Part shown: in pieces, positions 38,424 through 49,586 of the stretch
Position numbering within the stretch: position 1 is the first letter of the stretch
How the letters are laid out: each line of letters opens with the position of its first letter
DNA from: an uncultured virus (IMG/VR IMGVR_UViG_3300042366_001473)
Taxonomy: Duplodnaviria > Heunggongvirae > Uroviricota > Caudoviricetes
Virus record (IMG/VR): IMGVR_UViG_3300042366_001473
Length of the DNA: 64,000 bases
Direction: 5' to 3' (one strand)
Notes under the pieces: model-generated
What the model saw: the letters and a program-made list of their open reading frames with translations, nothing else
Database searches by the model: none
Told to the model about the DNA's origin: nothing
Position numbers and translations under genes: made by a program

Positions 38424-39389
38424 ATGGCATATTCAGTAGGCGGTTTAATTCAAGCTACGGACTACAACGGGTTTGTTAGCACCACGGCAGGAGCCAACAT
38501 CAACGCTACCTGGGGAACAGGTGTTACATCAGCAGGGTACGGTCAAACTGACTTGACCACTGTGAGTGCAGCAGGCACAGTTACCGCAGCACAATGGGCT
38601 AGTTTGGTCAACACTGTTGCTTCTATGGCCAATCATCAAGGTACCACAATCACAGCAAGAACTGCACCCACTGCTGGCACACTTATTGCAGTATTGGCAG
38701 CAGTCAACACAGACATTACCAACTGCTACAACAACCGTGGCAACGCAGCAGCCAGCGGCAGTCAATACACAGCATGGACTGGTACCAACAGCAAAACAGC
38801 AGCCACATCGGGTGCAACCTGGACTATTACATTTACTAACACTGTGACGTTTGCCAGTGCTGCTGCGGCACGATATTTCTTCAATGCAGGCGGCCGCATC
38901 AAATTGGATTTCAGCAAAACTGCCACAGGTCAGACTGGCGACCCAGAATGGAACGACCTAGCCAATACTTTGTGCGGAGATATCTTTTTCACCGGAGGCG
39001 CCTTTAGCCAAACCATTGCTGGTGCAGCATACACTGGCACCACAAAAATTGGCGGCACAGGTACTCCCACAACATTGGCCACTACTACTGGTTTTTATGA
39101 TTTAACAGCAGGCGCTGCTGCCACAACAATCTATCAACAAGCAGCTGACACAGCACCTTACACCAACAACTTTATTCGTGTTCAGGTGGCCCTAAATGCA
39201 GCATCGACTATACTGACATTTACTACACTTTGGTCAGCCAGTGACGGTGATCCAATTTCTGGCGGTACAGCAAGTTCAGGCGCAACGGCTGGCACAGCAC
39301 CTACCACAATCTGCACCTACTTCCCTCCCAGCACCACGTACCTGACTGCAAGCTGGGGCACACCAACTGTAGCTGCCACAACTGCTTAA
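38424..39389 (+). CDS. Thr/Ala/Gly-rich virion structural protein
   Basis: MAYSVGGLIQATDYN start and ARYFFNAGG motif; last gene before the terminator. Confidence 0.65.
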   Translation: MAYSVGGLIQATDYNGFVSTTAGANINATWGTGVTSAGYGQTDLTTVSAAGTVTAAQWASLVNTVASMANHQGTTITARTAPTAGTLIAVLAAVNTDITNCYNNRGNAAASGSQYTAWTGTNSKTAATSGATWTITFTNTVTFASAAAARYFFNAGGRIKLDFSKTATGQTGDPEWNDLANTLCGDIFFTGGAFSQTIAGAAYTGTTKIGGTGTPTTLATTTGFYDLTAGAAATTIYQQAADTAPYTNNFIRVQVALNAASTILTFTTLWSASDGDPISGGTASSGATAGTAPTTICTYFPPSTTYLTASWGTPTVAATTA

Positions 39390-39392
39390 CCA

Positions 39393-39418
39393 AAAGGGGC
39401 TGTTGCCCCTTTACTTTT
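39393..39418 (+). terminator. Intrinsic terminator ending the structural operon
   Basis: AAAGGGGC-TGTT-GCCCCTTT hairpin (39393-39412) followed by ACTTTT. Confidence 0.8.
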
Positions 39419-39438
39419 CTCTAAAATTCCCTTATAAT
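39410..39438 (+). promoter_or_regulatory. Sigma70-like promoter driving the modification island (possibly leaderless)
   Basis: TTTACT (39410-39415), 17-nt spacer, TATAAT (39433-39438). The ATG follows 5 nt later with no RBS. Confidence 0.6.
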
Positions 39439-39443
39439 ATGTT

Positions 39444-39752
39444 ATGGATACTGAAGCCTTGATTGCACATTCGCGAGCCCGTTTTGATCATCAAACAGCA
39501 CGTCGACTACTAAAAGAAAAATACGAAGCACGTATGTTATTTGCTTACGCAGGTGGTATGTGGCGTGCTGGACCAGAACTACTGACTATGTTATCAGTCT
39601 GTCCTGACAGAGAATCAGCAGTTATTCTTGACTTGTATGAAAATCCAATCCGGATCAATGTTGGAGATCTCGAAATGGCCGTACAACAACGTTGGCAAGA
39701 GCAAATGAATGCTTGGCTAGTGGAACACGACGCAAACAACAAAAAACGATGA
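39444..39752 (+). CDS. Hypothetical protein
   Basis: 102-aa ORF, translationally coupled to the next gene (ATGA). Confidence 0.75.
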   Translation: MDTEALIAHSRARFDHQTARRLLKEKYEARMLFAYAGGMWRAGPELLTMLSVCPDRESAVILDLYENPIRINVGDLEMAVQQRWQEQMNAWLVEHDANNKKR

Positions 39753-40552
39753 CCACTGGCGCACTTATTTTTGCGTTCAACAATGAACAAACCAACTACC
39801 TTGCTATGGCTGAGTGGAGTGCTAGAAACATTCGCCGACACCTTGACATACCGGTTGCCATTGTCACAGACTGTGTGGACCATGAAAGAAATAGAGCGTT
39901 TGATCGAGTCATTAACGTGGCACCGCAAACAGGAGGCACACGTTGGTTTGAGGATTACGCAGCAACTGTGTCTTGGCACAATGCAGGTCGAGTTGACTCT
40001 TACTCTTTGACCCCCTGGGACCAGACTCTGGTGTTGGATGCTGACTATGTTGTAGCCGGATCAGAGTTGCGCCGTGTACTGCAAAGTGACACAGACTTTA
40101 TGTGTCACAGAACTGCTGTCAACATGGCCACGGGCCTTCCCATACCAGGACTCAATGTTTTTGGTCAACACAGCATGCCCATGTGGTGGGCCACGGTAAT
40201 GATGTTTCGTCGCAGCAACACTGCACAATACATATTTGACTGCATGCAAATGATACGAAACAACTGGCAACACTATCGAGACTTGTATGGTATTGACAAG
40301 TTGACCTATCGCAACGATTTTGCACTCAGCATTGCTTTGGGCATTGTGTCAGGTCACACTGGTCAGGTCACAGAAATACCTTGGCCTTTGCTCAGTGTGC
40401 TGCCTGACACAGAACTTGTCAAGCTAGACGACAGCATGTACCAGGTCAACTACAATGATTCAGACAACAGCCCAAGATGGGTGACTTGGCAAGGTACAGA
40501 CTTTCATGCCATGGGCAAACAGCACTTGGAGAAAATAATTGCGTCCCATTGA
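39749..40552 (+). CDS. GT-A fold glycosyltransferase-like protein
   Basis: Start MTTGALIFAFNN (ATG 39749); TPWDQTLVLDAD (DxD) and RNDFALSIA. Confidence 0.7.
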   Translation: MTTGALIFAFNNEQTNYLAMAEWSARNIRRHLDIPVAIVTDCVDHERNRAFDRVINVAPQTGGTRWFEDYAATVSWHNAGRVDSYSLTPWDQTLVLDADYVVAGSELRRVLQSDTDFMCHRTAVNMATGLPIPGLNVFGQHSMPMWWATVMMFRRSNTAQYIFDCMQMIRNNWQHYRDLYGIDKLTYRNDFALSIALGIVSGHTGQVTEIPWPLLSVLPDTELVKLDDSMYQVNYNDSDNSPRWVTWQGTDFHAMGKQHLEKIIASH

Positions 40553-41306
40553 AGAACAAGGCTATATCATTCCTGCTTGGAATGTAGGCAAAACTGACTA
40601 TGTGGATTGTGCTCGGGCGTTGGCAAAGACACTGTTGAAACACAATCCCGCGGCACGTATCTGTTTGCTGACCAACGAGCCCTATGCCGCTGACTCAGCA
40701 TTGTTTGCTTACACACACGTGGTTGATGACATCAACACTGAAAATCCTTGGGCCAACGATTGGATGGTTTTCCGTCAAACCCCGTTTCGTGAAACTATCA
40801 AACTGGAAGCAGACATGCTGATTGCCACTCCAATTGATCACTGGTGGACTATGTTTAGACATCGTGATGTTGTGATCAGCACTGGTTGTAGAAACTGGCT
40901 TGGTGAGATCAGTGGTGCTCGCAATTATCGACATTGCTTTGATCAAAATCAACTGCCAGATGTGTACAATGCCATAACCTATTGGCGTCTAAGCAAAACT
41001 GCCCAGACGTTTTTTGATCTAGTACGGGAGATATTTGCAAACTGGACAGAGTTCAAAAAATTACTAAAGTATCCCGAAGACGTTCCCAGCACTGATCTTG
41101 TGTATGCCATGGCTGCCGCAGTGATAGGCACAGAACAGGTGACCATGCCATTTGCAACTTACCCACAAATTGTACACATGAAGCGACATCATGCCAACAC
41201 TACTACAGAGGACTGGATGAAAGAACTAACATTTGAAATGGATCCTGTTCGTATCAACACTGTGGCACAATGGGGAGCAGTACATTACAGGGCACAACGA
41301 TCATGA
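40539..41306 (+). CDS. GT-A fold glycosyltransferase-like protein (paralogue of the upstream gene)
   Basis: [24 protein letters not shown] (ExD variant), STDLVYAMA and HMK. Confidence 0.65.
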   Translation: MRPIEEQGYIIPAWNVGKTDYVDCARALAKTLLKHNPAARICLLTNEPYAADSALFAYTHVVDDINTENPWANDWMVFRQTPFRETIKLEADMLIATPIDHWWTMFRHRDVVISTGCRNWLGEISGARNYRHCFDQNQLPDVYNAITYWRLSKTAQTFFDLVREIFANWTEFKKLLKYPEDVPSTDLVYAMAAAVIGTEQVTMPFATYPQIVHMKRHHANTTTEDWMKELTFEMDPVRINTVAQWGAVHYRAQRS

Positions 41307-41623
41307 TTGAATATCAAATGAATTTTGCTGACCCAGTGCCTGTGTTCTTTCGACTGTATCATGACAGTCAAGGTGTTCCGTTATTCTACAGCATGGAAGA
41401 TGTGCCAGGTACATACATAGAAATTGACGCAGACACTTTTGCCCGCAGCGCCACCAATGTGCGAGTGCGCGGTGGCAAACTAGTAGAACTGACTTGGCAA
41501 ACTACTGCACGACTGGAGCATGCCGAAACAGGAACGCCATGTCATCCTTGTGATGTTGCTGTAGTAGTGTCTGATCAACAACCACACCAATGCTGGAGCA
41601 AACAAACTTATGAAACAAATTGA
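41303..41623 (+). CDS. Hypothetical protein
   Basis: ATG 41303 in an ATGA overlap; [17 protein letters not shown]. Confidence 0.7.
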   Translation: MIEYQMNFADPVPVFFRLYHDSQGVPLFYSMEDVPGTYIEIDADTFARSATNVRVRGGKLVELTWQTTARLEHAETGTPCHPCDVAVVVSDQQPHQCWSKQTYETN

Positions 41624-42533
41624 CATAGCAGATCTAGACTGCATTTTTCTAACCTATGATGAACCTCAACGCGAAGAATTTTGGGTCAAAATCAAGAACA
41701 TGGTGCCCTGGGCCAAACGGGTAGACGGTGTCAAGGGCAGCGATGCAGCGCACAAGGCCGCAGCCTTGGCATCTGGCACTGAAAGATTTATTCTCATTGA
41801 TGGAGACAATCTTCCCAATGCAAGCTTTTTTAATCAAACGCTACATTTTCCTACACCTGATTATGAACAAGCTGTGTTTAGATGGCGAGCACGTAATCAT
41901 ATCAATGGACTGATGTATGGCAACGGAGGACTCAGTTCGTGGACCAAGACTTTTGTTGCGGCCATGCAGACGCATGAAGCCACCGACGGTAGAACAGAAA
42001 CACAAGTAGAGTTTTGCTTTGACCCTGCGTATTGGGCCATGCACGACTGCTACAGCAAAACATACCCTAATGGATCACCTTTTCAAGCCTGGCGTGCAGG
42101 GTTTCGCGAAGGCGTCAAAATGAGCCTACAACGTGGACGCAAGCCCACTGTGGAAGAATTCAAAACTCAGGTACTGCGCAATCTTGACAATCTCACAATC
42201 TGGCACAATGTAGGCAGTGATGTCGAAAATGGAGAATGGGCAATTGCAGGAGCACGGCAAGGAACATACATGACCATGCTCACAAACTGGGACCATACTC
42301 AAGTACAAGACTTTGATGCATTAGCAAAATTATGGGACACAGTCAAAGATTCGCAGCCGCGTATATTGGCCAACCAGTTGGGACCTGAACTTGGTACACA
42401 ATTAGATTTGCCAATGGCTATATTAGAGGCTGAACAAAGTTCATTTTTTAAACATCACTATAGATCAAATTGGCACAATCAAGGCATCATGATTCGAGAA
42501 ATTGATGTAATCCGCAAGCAAGAAGGTTGGTAA
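41610..42533 (+). CDS. Glycosyltransferase-like protein (GT-A / GT2-like)
   Basis: [30 protein letters not shown] (DxD), NGLMYGNGG and [11 protein letters not shown]. Shares motifs with the C-terminal domain of 59917-63720. Confidence 0.7.
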   Translation: MKQIDIADLDCIFLTYDEPQREEFWVKIKNMVPWAKRVDGVKGSDAAHKAAALASGTERFILIDGDNLPNASFFNQTLHFPTPDYEQAVFRWRARNHINGLMYGNGGLSSWTKTFVAAMQTHEATDGRTETQVEFCFDPAYWAMHDCYSKTYPNGSPFQAWRAGFREGVKMSLQRGRKPTVEEFKTQVLRNLDNLTIWHNVGSDVENGEWAIAGARQGTYMTMLTNWDHTQVQDFDALAKLWDTVKDSQPRILANQLGPELGTQLDLPMAILEAEQSSFFKHHYRSNWHNQGIMIREIDVIRKQEGW

Positions 42534-42610
42534 TTTTTTGTCTAATGCTTGATGCGTTTTTGGATCGTAATGAATATTCCAATACTTACTCTTAACCTCA
42601 AAGGTCACAA

Positions 42611-43312
42611 ATGATAATTGCTTTTTGTCCCGGTGCTGGCGGCAACCGATATCTGCAGCGTCTTTTAGGAAACTCCTGGGACAAATTTAACATCAGTTAC
42701 GACAACACAAATCGCGATCAGGTATTTCAGCACAGATATCTATTAGACACTGTTCTATCAAATCCGTTAGATCACACGTTAACACACTGCATGAACAGTC
42801 AACAAATTGCCAAAGTTTTTCCAGGGCAATCAATAACCTTTATCAAATCTGATTTGCAGTCTAGTTTAAGAAGAGAGTGGATTCTGCACGGACACAAAAG
42901 ATTTGTAGATCTACAAATTCAAAACGACGTTTCAAGATTGTTGCACTATCAGGCCATCAAAGATCCTGCCTGGCCCGAAATCAATTGCACAGAACAACTG
43001 GATCAGTTGCCTGCACATATTCTAGGCGAAGTACAAGCAGACTATTCAAAAGTAATTAACCAAAATATTGATGTGCCGGACCTATTAGAATCCATAGCTC
43101 AAGAGTGTTTGGATAAAATAAATTCTGCTTACGAGATTATTTCTTGGCACAAAAATTATTACAACAACTGGCCAATGGATTTTTCGCAGGCAGAACATGT
43201 GATTGATATTGATCAAGATCAGGATGATTTTTGTGTTTTTATGGCACAAGAACTTGATCTTTATCGCAGTGATATATTTGATATGGTATGGAAAGCAGTT
43301 TACAATGAATAA
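42611..43312 (+). CDS. Hypothetical protein, possibly sulfotransferase-like
   Basis: N-terminal FCPGAGGNRY glycine loop and a YQAIKDPAWP motif. The functional call is weak. Confidence 0.5.
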   Translation: MIIAFCPGAGGNRYLQRLLGNSWDKFNISYDNTNRDQVFQHRYLLDTVLSNPLDHTLTHCMNSQQIAKVFPGQSITFIKSDLQSSLRREWILHGHKRFVDLQIQNDVSRLLHYQAIKDPAWPEINCTEQLDQLPAHILGEVQADYSKVINQNIDVPDLLESIAQECLDKINSAYEIISWHKNYYNNWPMDFSQAEHVIDIDQDQDDFCVFMAQELDLYRSDIFDMVWKAVYNE

Positions 43313-44705
43313 AGGCGACGAAACCGTAGACAACAAAAGCAGGTTCTTAAACTCAGCTGAACAAATGAAACAGGATCTTGGTCCTGCACTGTGCTTGGCC
43401 AAATGGAAGCAAGTGAGTTTTCACTTGCCTACAGGTCTCAACAACTCATGTTATCATCCTCCCTTGCACAAGATCACCAAAGCTGATCTGGCTCGGCCCG
43501 GCGGCCTACATAACACTGATCACAAAAAGGCTCAGCGTGTGATGATGCTGCGTGGTGAAAAGCCCTCAGAGTGTCAGTACTGCTGGAACATGGAAGCCAA
43601 CGACAAACTGTCGGATAGACACTATCGGTCAGGAGAGCCCTGGGCCGCAGTAGACTTTGAACAGATTCGTAATTCAACAGGAACAGAAGATGATATCGTA
43701 CCCAGTTACGTGGAAGTTAACTTTAATCACGCTTGTAATCTCAAGTGTAGTTACTGTAGCCCTCAATTTAGTAGCTCATGGGCTGATGAAGTTGATAGGT
43801 TGGGAGGATATCCGACTAGTACTACCCATAACGATCCTACTCACTTTACCGGTAATCGCAAACCTATCCCAGTTCGGGAGGCTAATCCATATGTTGAAGC
43901 GTTTTGGTCATGGTGGCCCACACTGTATCCTAAGCTAGAACATTTCCGCATGACTGGCGGCGAGCCCTTGATGGACAAAAATACCTATCGAGTGTTTGAT
44001 TATGTGTTGGCAAATCCTAGTCCCAAGTTGCATCTAAACGTAACATCAAACTTCTCAGTGGAAGATGCATTGTTTGAAAAGTATCTAGGCTATGCCAAAC
44101 AACTATGCACACCCAACATTGAACACTTCATGCAGTACGTGAGCCTGGACTCAGGACGTGGTGCACAGGCCGAGTATATTAGACACGGTATGAGTGCTGA
44201 TCGAGTGGTACGCAATGTGAATCGTTTCTTGACAGAAGTGCCCACTCGCAACAGTCTAACGTTTATTATCACAATGAACAACTTGAGTGTCACTGGATTT
44301 CAAGACTACATGGAATGGATCCTGCAACTTAGACGCACTCACAGCACAACCTATCAGCGTGTGTGGTTCGATACACCTGTTCTTAGAGAACCTGCGTGGC
44401 AGAGTCTGCAACTGTTGCCTGAAAGTTATGCAGTACAACTAGAAAAGTCACGTGACTTCATGCTGGCCAACATGACCACAGAAGCCAATCCCCTGCACGG
44501 ATTCAAGGACTATGAAGTACAGCGTCTAGAACGTGACATTGCCTGGATGCGAACAGGCCAAGGACAAGATCACACTGTGGCCAAAGCAGATTTCCATCGT
44601 TTTTTCTCAGAGCACGATCGTCGCAGAGGCACAGACTTTAAGAAAATGTTTCCTGAAATGGCCACCTGGTGGCACGAATGTGAATACTATGCTAGGGTCA
44701 CATAA
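43305..44705 (+). CDS. Radical SAM protein with N-terminal twitch domain
   Basis: Start MNKGDE (ATG 43305). N-terminal CLAKW...SCYHP...CQYCW, then CNLKCSYC and TGGEP. Confidence 0.9.
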   Translation: MNKGDETVDNKSRFLNSAEQMKQDLGPALCLAKWKQVSFHLPTGLNNSCYHPPLHKITKADLARPGGLHNTDHKKAQRVMMLRGEKPSECQYCWNMEANDKLSDRHYRSGEPWAAVDFEQIRNSTGTEDDIVPSYVEVNFNHACNLKCSYCSPQFSSSWADEVDRLGGYPTSTTHNDPTHFTGNRKPIPVREANPYVEAFWSWWPTLYPKLEHFRMTGGEPLMDKNTYRVFDYVLANPSPKLHLNVTSNFSVEDALFEKYLGYAKQLCTPNIEHFMQYVSLDSGRGAQAEYIRHGMSADRVVRNVNRFLTEVPTRNSLTFIITMNNLSVTGFQDYMEWILQLRRTHSTTYQRVWFDTPVLREPAWQSLQLLPESYAVQLEKSRDFMLANMTTEANPLHGFKDYEVQRLERDIAWMRTGQGQDHTVAKADFHRFFSEHDRRRGTDFKKMFPEMATWWHECEYYARVT

Positions 44706-45795
44706 GATTGCAGTAGACACCTGGGCCGAAGTCTATGACTTGTTGAAGCCCTATTCTGACGAAGAATTCTGGCAATGGCCTGCTGAGTTAGATCCCAACA
44801 CTGTGTACATTGTGGGCCGTGTGCTGTTGAAACAGCACTGGACAGAAATCACAGAGTGGGCTACTCAGTATCCAGGGAGCATTGTGTTTTCAAATCCTGC
44901 TGAAGGATCTGAAACTGTGTTGCTGCAACTCCGACGATTGCGTATCGCTGACCATGTGCGCGATGGTCGCATTGGTTTGTTGACCTCTGGCGACTTAGAA
45001 CCAGGGTGGCGTTATTGCAAAACAGATTGCTACTTCTCTAACATAGTGGAGTACACAGAAAACAAGGCAGCACAGATTGAAGGTGCCTTGGAATACAAAG
45101 AACATCGTCCTTATGAATTTTTGTTCCTTAACGGACGATTGCGACCACACCGCAAGTACCTAATGGATCATCTAAGAGCACAAGGCATGTTGTCACATGC
45201 ACTGTGGACCAATTTGGGCAGTCAAGTCGAAATGGCATTTACGTCTGCGTTGGACACAGGCAAAACAGAACCTATACGTTTGTTGCCGCCTGAATACGAA
45301 ATAGATCGTGCTGTGCCGCAGTTAAACGCAGTCCCTGACGCAGGCTTTGTCAAACATCAACTGTTCAACAACACCTGGGGCGATGCTATTGTGAATCATC
45401 GTTGCTACACAGACACCTGGTTCAGTTTGGTAACAGAAACCATTTTTGATTATCCGCACACATTTCGTACAGAAAAGATCTACAAGCCTATTCTGATGGC
45501 ACACCCATTTGTGGTTGCAGCCAATCAGGGCTATTTGCGAGATCTACGCAACGCAGGATTTCAAACATTTCACACATTGTTAGACGAAAGCTACGACCAA
45601 ATTGATTGTCCACAAGCCAGGAGTGAGCGTATAATAGATACAGTACGTGCCATAAGTTACTCGGGCTCTGGGGATTTCTGGAAGGCCAGCCGCGACATCT
45701 GTAAATACAATCAGCAACATCTTGTGGAGTACAATCGTGAGCAACGTGCTCTACTGCCACAAAATCTACTAAATTATCTAAATGAACGATCTTGA
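44689..45795 (+). CDS. GT10 (fucosyltransferase)-like 'TEK' family protein
   Basis: Start MLGSHK (ATG 44689); SLVTET...RTEKIYKPI...HPFVV...GFQTF...DESYD. Confidence 0.55.
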   Translation: MLGSHKIAVDTWAEVYDLLKPYSDEEFWQWPAELDPNTVYIVGRVLLKQHWTEITEWATQYPGSIVFSNPAEGSETVLLQLRRLRIADHVRDGRIGLLTSGDLEPGWRYCKTDCYFSNIVEYTENKAAQIEGALEYKEHRPYEFLFLNGRLRPHRKYLMDHLRAQGMLSHALWTNLGSQVEMAFTSALDTGKTEPIRLLPPEYEIDRAVPQLNAVPDAGFVKHQLFNNTWGDAIVNHRCYTDTWFSLVTETIFDYPHTFRTEKIYKPILMAHPFVVAANQGYLRDLRNAGFQTFHTLLDESYDQIDCPQARSERIIDTVRAISYSGSGDFWKASRDICKYNQQHLVEYNREQRALLPQNLLNYLNERS

Positions 45796-47122
45796 ATTTC
45801 GCCAGCAAGTACTGGACACACTGAGCCCTAGTTTTTGTGGCGCAAAGTGGTTTAATGCTACCATTTGGCTTGGTAGCGGCATGAGCACCAGCTGCCACCA
45901 CCCGCCAGCTCATTTGGTGGACATTGATAAAGTCACAACCAACCCTAAGCTGCTGCACAATACACCGCAAAAGAAAGCTGATCGTGCCAAAATGATTGCA
46001 GGTGAACGTCCTGCAGGTTGCGAATACTGCTGGAAAATTGAAGACATGGGTCGTGATGCTGTCAGCGACCGTGTGTACAAGTCAAAGATTTACCCCATTG
46101 CTGCATTAAAGGAAGCATATGAAACTCCAGTTGACCAAGATGTTGATTTGCGAACTCTTGAAATTGCTTTTGATCGGACCTGCCAGTTTGCTTGTAGTTA
46201 CTGCAATCCTGCTTTTAGCTCAACATGGGTTAAAGATATTAGGAATAACGGACCCTATATGGGCCTTGTGTCTGACGGTCGTAATCACTTTACACATGAG
46301 CACTCAAGTGCTCAACTGTATCGTTTCGGGGAGACCAATCCGTATGTTGAAGCTTTTTTTGCATGGTGGGAATCAGATCTGCATAGCACCCTACAAGAGT
46401 TAAGAATCACTGGTGGAGAGCCCTTAATGAGCGGCCATACCTGGAAGCTGATTGACTGGTTTCGCAACAATCCAGGGCGAAGCAACACACGCCTGGCCAT
46501 CAACTCAAATCTAGGTGCAGATGTAGATGTAGACCGACTGTTGGATTCAATACAAGGACTGGATGTAGATATCTATACCAGTCAGGAAGCCGTGGGTGTC
46601 CAAGCTGAATACATACGTGATGGCCTAGATTACACAGCCTGGCAGGCAAATGTAGAAAAGATCTTGGCCAGTAGGCGTGTACGCACCCTGCACTTTATGG
46701 GCACAATCAATGCACTGTGCCTGCCCAGCTTGTCTGACCATTTGCGTTATCTACTAGAATTAAAGCAACGCCACGGGCGTGACGCAGTAAGTTACACCTT
46801 GAATATTTTGAGATTTCCCAGTTTTCAAAGTGCGCTGGTAATGCCACATGACCTACGTGCTAGATTTGCTGCAGAACTAAAAGAACTACACTACCGCAAT
46901 CAGCACAATCCCTTGTTTCATGAACATGAACTGGATCACTTGCAGAGGTTAATCGATTACTTGGATGTAGTTGAAACTCCGCATTCAGAAGCATTTGACA
47001 TGCCTCGCTTGCTCAACGACTTTCATGAGTTTTTCTCACAGTACGACCGCCGCCGCAACAAGAACTTTGCCGAAACATTTGGTATCAGGGCTGATATTAC
47101 CAACTGGTACAACACACTATGA
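45782..47122 (+). CDS. Radical SAM protein with N-terminal twitch domain
   Basis: FCGAKW...SCHHP...CEYCW; CQFACSYC; TGGEP. Confidence 0.9.
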   Translation: MNDLEFRQQVLDTLSPSFCGAKWFNATIWLGSGMSTSCHHPPAHLVDIDKVTTNPKLLHNTPQKKADRAKMIAGERPAGCEYCWKIEDMGRDAVSDRVYKSKIYPIAALKEAYETPVDQDVDLRTLEIAFDRTCQFACSYCNPAFSSTWVKDIRNNGPYMGLVSDGRNHFTHEHSSAQLYRFGETNPYVEAFFAWWESDLHSTLQELRITGGEPLMSGHTWKLIDWFRNNPGRSNTRLAINSNLGADVDVDRLLDSIQGLDVDIYTSQEAVGVQAEYIRDGLDYTAWQANVEKILASRRVRTLHFMGTINALCLPSLSDHLRYLLELKQRHGRDAVSYTLNILRFPSFQSALVMPHDLRARFAAELKELHYRNQHNPLFHEHELDHLQRLIDYLDVVETPHSEAFDMPRLLNDFHEFFSQYDRRRNKNFAETFGIRADITNWYNTL

Positions 47123-48378
47123 CCTATAACTACAACTCATCAGACTTGGTAAAGCCAGTGGACCTTACCGACCGTGAAGAATTCTTGCTACAAGATTCCA
47201 AGACCTTTTGCATCTATCCTTGGATTCACCTGCATGCATATCCCACAGGTGAAGCATATCCTTGTTGTCATGCTGAAATGGGCGTGGGCCAAGTAGGCAA
47301 TTGTCGTACCAATACTCTTGAAGAAATATGGCGTGATCAGCCCATGGCACAGTTGCGCAAAGACATGCTGAGTGAAACCTCCAACGCTGCTTGCGGTCGT
47401 TGTTATGAACAAGAAGCATCAGGATTCTTTAGTGGTCGTAAAAGCGCCAACAAGCATCACGGACATCACATCAAAAAGCTAGAGTCAAATCCTTTTGAAA
47501 TGACTTACTGGGATATTAGATTCAGCAACCTGTGCAATTTGAAATGTCGTAGCTGTGGACACATCTTTAGCAGCCAATGGTATCAGGATCAGGCCAAGCT
47601 GGCCGGCGGTGACTGGAAAGACCGCAACACAGTGCTGAACTATGCTGGGCGCACAGAAACAGACATGTGGTCACAACTAGAGCCTCATCTTGACTACGTG
47701 GAACAGATTTACTTTGCTGGTGGCGAGCCCTTGCTGATGGAGGAACACTATCGTATTCTTGACGAACTGGTACGCAGAAAGCGATTTGATGTGCGACTGA
47801 TCTACAACACCAACTTTACCCACACCGACCTCAAAGGCCGATCAGTGTTTGAGTATTGGAGCCAGTTCAAATCAGTAGCAGTTGGTGCTAGCCTAGACGC
47901 ATCTGGTGCTAGAGGTGAATACATACGCAAAGGCACAGACTGGGCAGTGGTAGAACAGAATCGCCGAGACATGATGAGAATATGCCCCGAAGTAGACTTC
48001 TATATCAGCCCCACTCTAAGCATCATGAACGCCCTGCACCTGCCAGATTTTCATCGTGACTGGGTTGAGCAAGGCCTATTACGAGCGCAAGACTTAAATG
48101 TAAATATCTTGCAAGATCCAGTACACTACAGAATAGACATTGCTACTACTGAGTATAAACAACAGATTAAGCACAAATTTGAACAGCATATTGAATGGCT
48201 GAGGCCACAAGATCAATTGTCCAGAGCCACAGTGGGATTTGAGAGTGCAATTAATTTCATGATGCAGACTGACAACACACACCTACTAGACACATTTTGG
48301 CGCAAGACCTATGAGCTAGATTCTATTAGAAATGAAAACATTATGAACATAATTCCTGAATTGCGAGCATTAAAATGA
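47119..48378 (+). CDS. Radical SAM protein with N-terminal twitch/SPASM domain
   Basis: FCIYPW...YPCC...CGRC; CNLKCRSC; AGGEP. Confidence 0.9.
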   Translation: MTYNYNSSDLVKPVDLTDREEFLLQDSKTFCIYPWIHLHAYPTGEAYPCCHAEMGVGQVGNCRTNTLEEIWRDQPMAQLRKDMLSETSNAACGRCYEQEASGFFSGRKSANKHHGHHIKKLESNPFEMTYWDIRFSNLCNLKCRSCGHIFSSQWYQDQAKLAGGDWKDRNTVLNYAGRTETDMWSQLEPHLDYVEQIYFAGGEPLLMEEHYRILDELVRRKRFDVRLIYNTNFTHTDLKGRSVFEYWSQFKSVAVGASLDASGARGEYIRKGTDWAVVEQNRRDMMRICPEVDFYISPTLSIMNALHLPDFHRDWVEQGLLRAQDLNVNILQDPVHYRIDIATTEYKQQIKHKFEQHIEWLRPQDQLSRATVGFESAINFMMQTDNTHLLDTFWRKTYELDSIRNENIMNIIPELRALK

Positions 48379-49586
48379 ACATACCACACCCTACATTCTG
48401 TGTGCTGCCCTGGATTAGTCTAGAAGCCAGCCCTGTTGGTACTGTGAGACCTTGTTGTCTAGCCGACGACGAACTTGTGGATGATGCTGGCAAAAAGTTC
48501 AATTTGCTTACAGCAGACTTTGGCAATATTCAGAACAGTGGTGGCATGCGTGAATTGCGACAACAATTTCTTGCAGGCGAAAAACCGCAAACTTGTAGAA
48601 AGTGCTGGAACGAAGAACGATCTGGCCGTACTAGCAAACGTATGCACACACTGGATCGGCTCAAGCATATAATTGGCAATCAGACCTGGACCGAAGATGC
48701 CAAACCTTTGATGTTTCTGGATCTCAAGCTGGGCAATATCTGCAACCTAAAATGTCGCATATGTGGATCTTGGAGTTCAAGTCAGTTTGCTACCGAAGAG
48801 ATCAACGATGCACCTCCTGAAGAAAAGAAAAGTACCTATGCATATCAAATGTTGCGTGCCGGCGCCTGGCCCAAAGAAAATCTGCAGTTCTGGAATCAGA
48901 TCGACCAGCATTTAACAGACATTCGTTATATTGAGTTCACTGGCGGCGAACCATTCATGATTGAACAACATTTTGCCATGCTGCAAGGTATTGTGGATCG
49001 TGGCATCGCGCATCAAGTTGAAATACACTACAATACCAATGGCACACAATATCCAGAGCAAGCTATTGAAATTTGGAAGCATTTTAAAACTGTGGAAATA
49101 GCATTTTCAATTGATGACCTAGGCGCAAGATTTGAATATCAGCGTTCAAACGCTGTATGGTCAGACGTAGTATTCAATATTGATCGTTTCCGTTTACTAA
49201 GGAAAGACTATCCCAACATCCGACTACAGTGTTGCAGTACTGTAAATGTGTTCAATGTTCGATATATTGATCAGCTGGCTAATTGGATTGCTGGTCAAGG
49301 ATTTGACTTTGTGTACTGGAACATGATGCATGACGCCTGGTATTTCAGTATTGCAACCCTGCCAGAATCAGCCAAGAACGACATCATATTGCACTTAGAA
49401 TCTGCCAGCATTCCGTCTCAATGGCGTGACGAATTTGATCGAATTTGTGACTTCATGCGTCGTGGTGCATCAACTGATGGATTCATGTTGCGTATGAAAG
49501 TGCGTGACCTAGATCGTAAGCGCCAACAAAACTTGGCCACAGTTGCACCCGAACTTGCTGAGATAATTGATTACCGGTATGAGTAA
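48375..49586 (+). CDS. Radical SAM protein with N-terminal twitch/SPASM domain
   Basis: FCVLPW...RPCC...CRKC; CNLKCRIC; TGGEP. Confidence 0.9.
   Translation: MNIPHPTFCVLPWISLEASPVGTVRPCCLADDELVDDAGKKFNLLTADFGNIQNSGGMRELRQQFLAGEKPQTCRKCWNEERSGRTSKRMHTLDRLKHIIGNQTWTEDAKPLMFLDLKLGNICNLKCRICGSWSSSQFATEEINDAPPEEKKSTYAYQMLRAGAWPKENLQFWNQIDQHLTDIRYIEFTGGEPFMIEQHFAMLQGIVDRGIAHQVEIHYNTNGTQYPEQAIEIWKHFKTVEIAFSIDDLGARFEYQRSNAVWSDVVFNIDRFRLLRKDYPNIRLQCCSTVNVFNVRYIDQLANWIAGQGFDFVYWNMMHDAWYFSIATLPESAKNDIILHLESASIPSQWRDEFDRICDFMRRGASTDGFMLRMKVRDLDRKRQQNLATVAPELAEIIDYRYE

Noticed and set aside
42534..42610. 77-nt gap as an RNA element or terminator
   Set aside because: No convincing stem or recognisable motif. 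It is treated as plain intergenic DNA.
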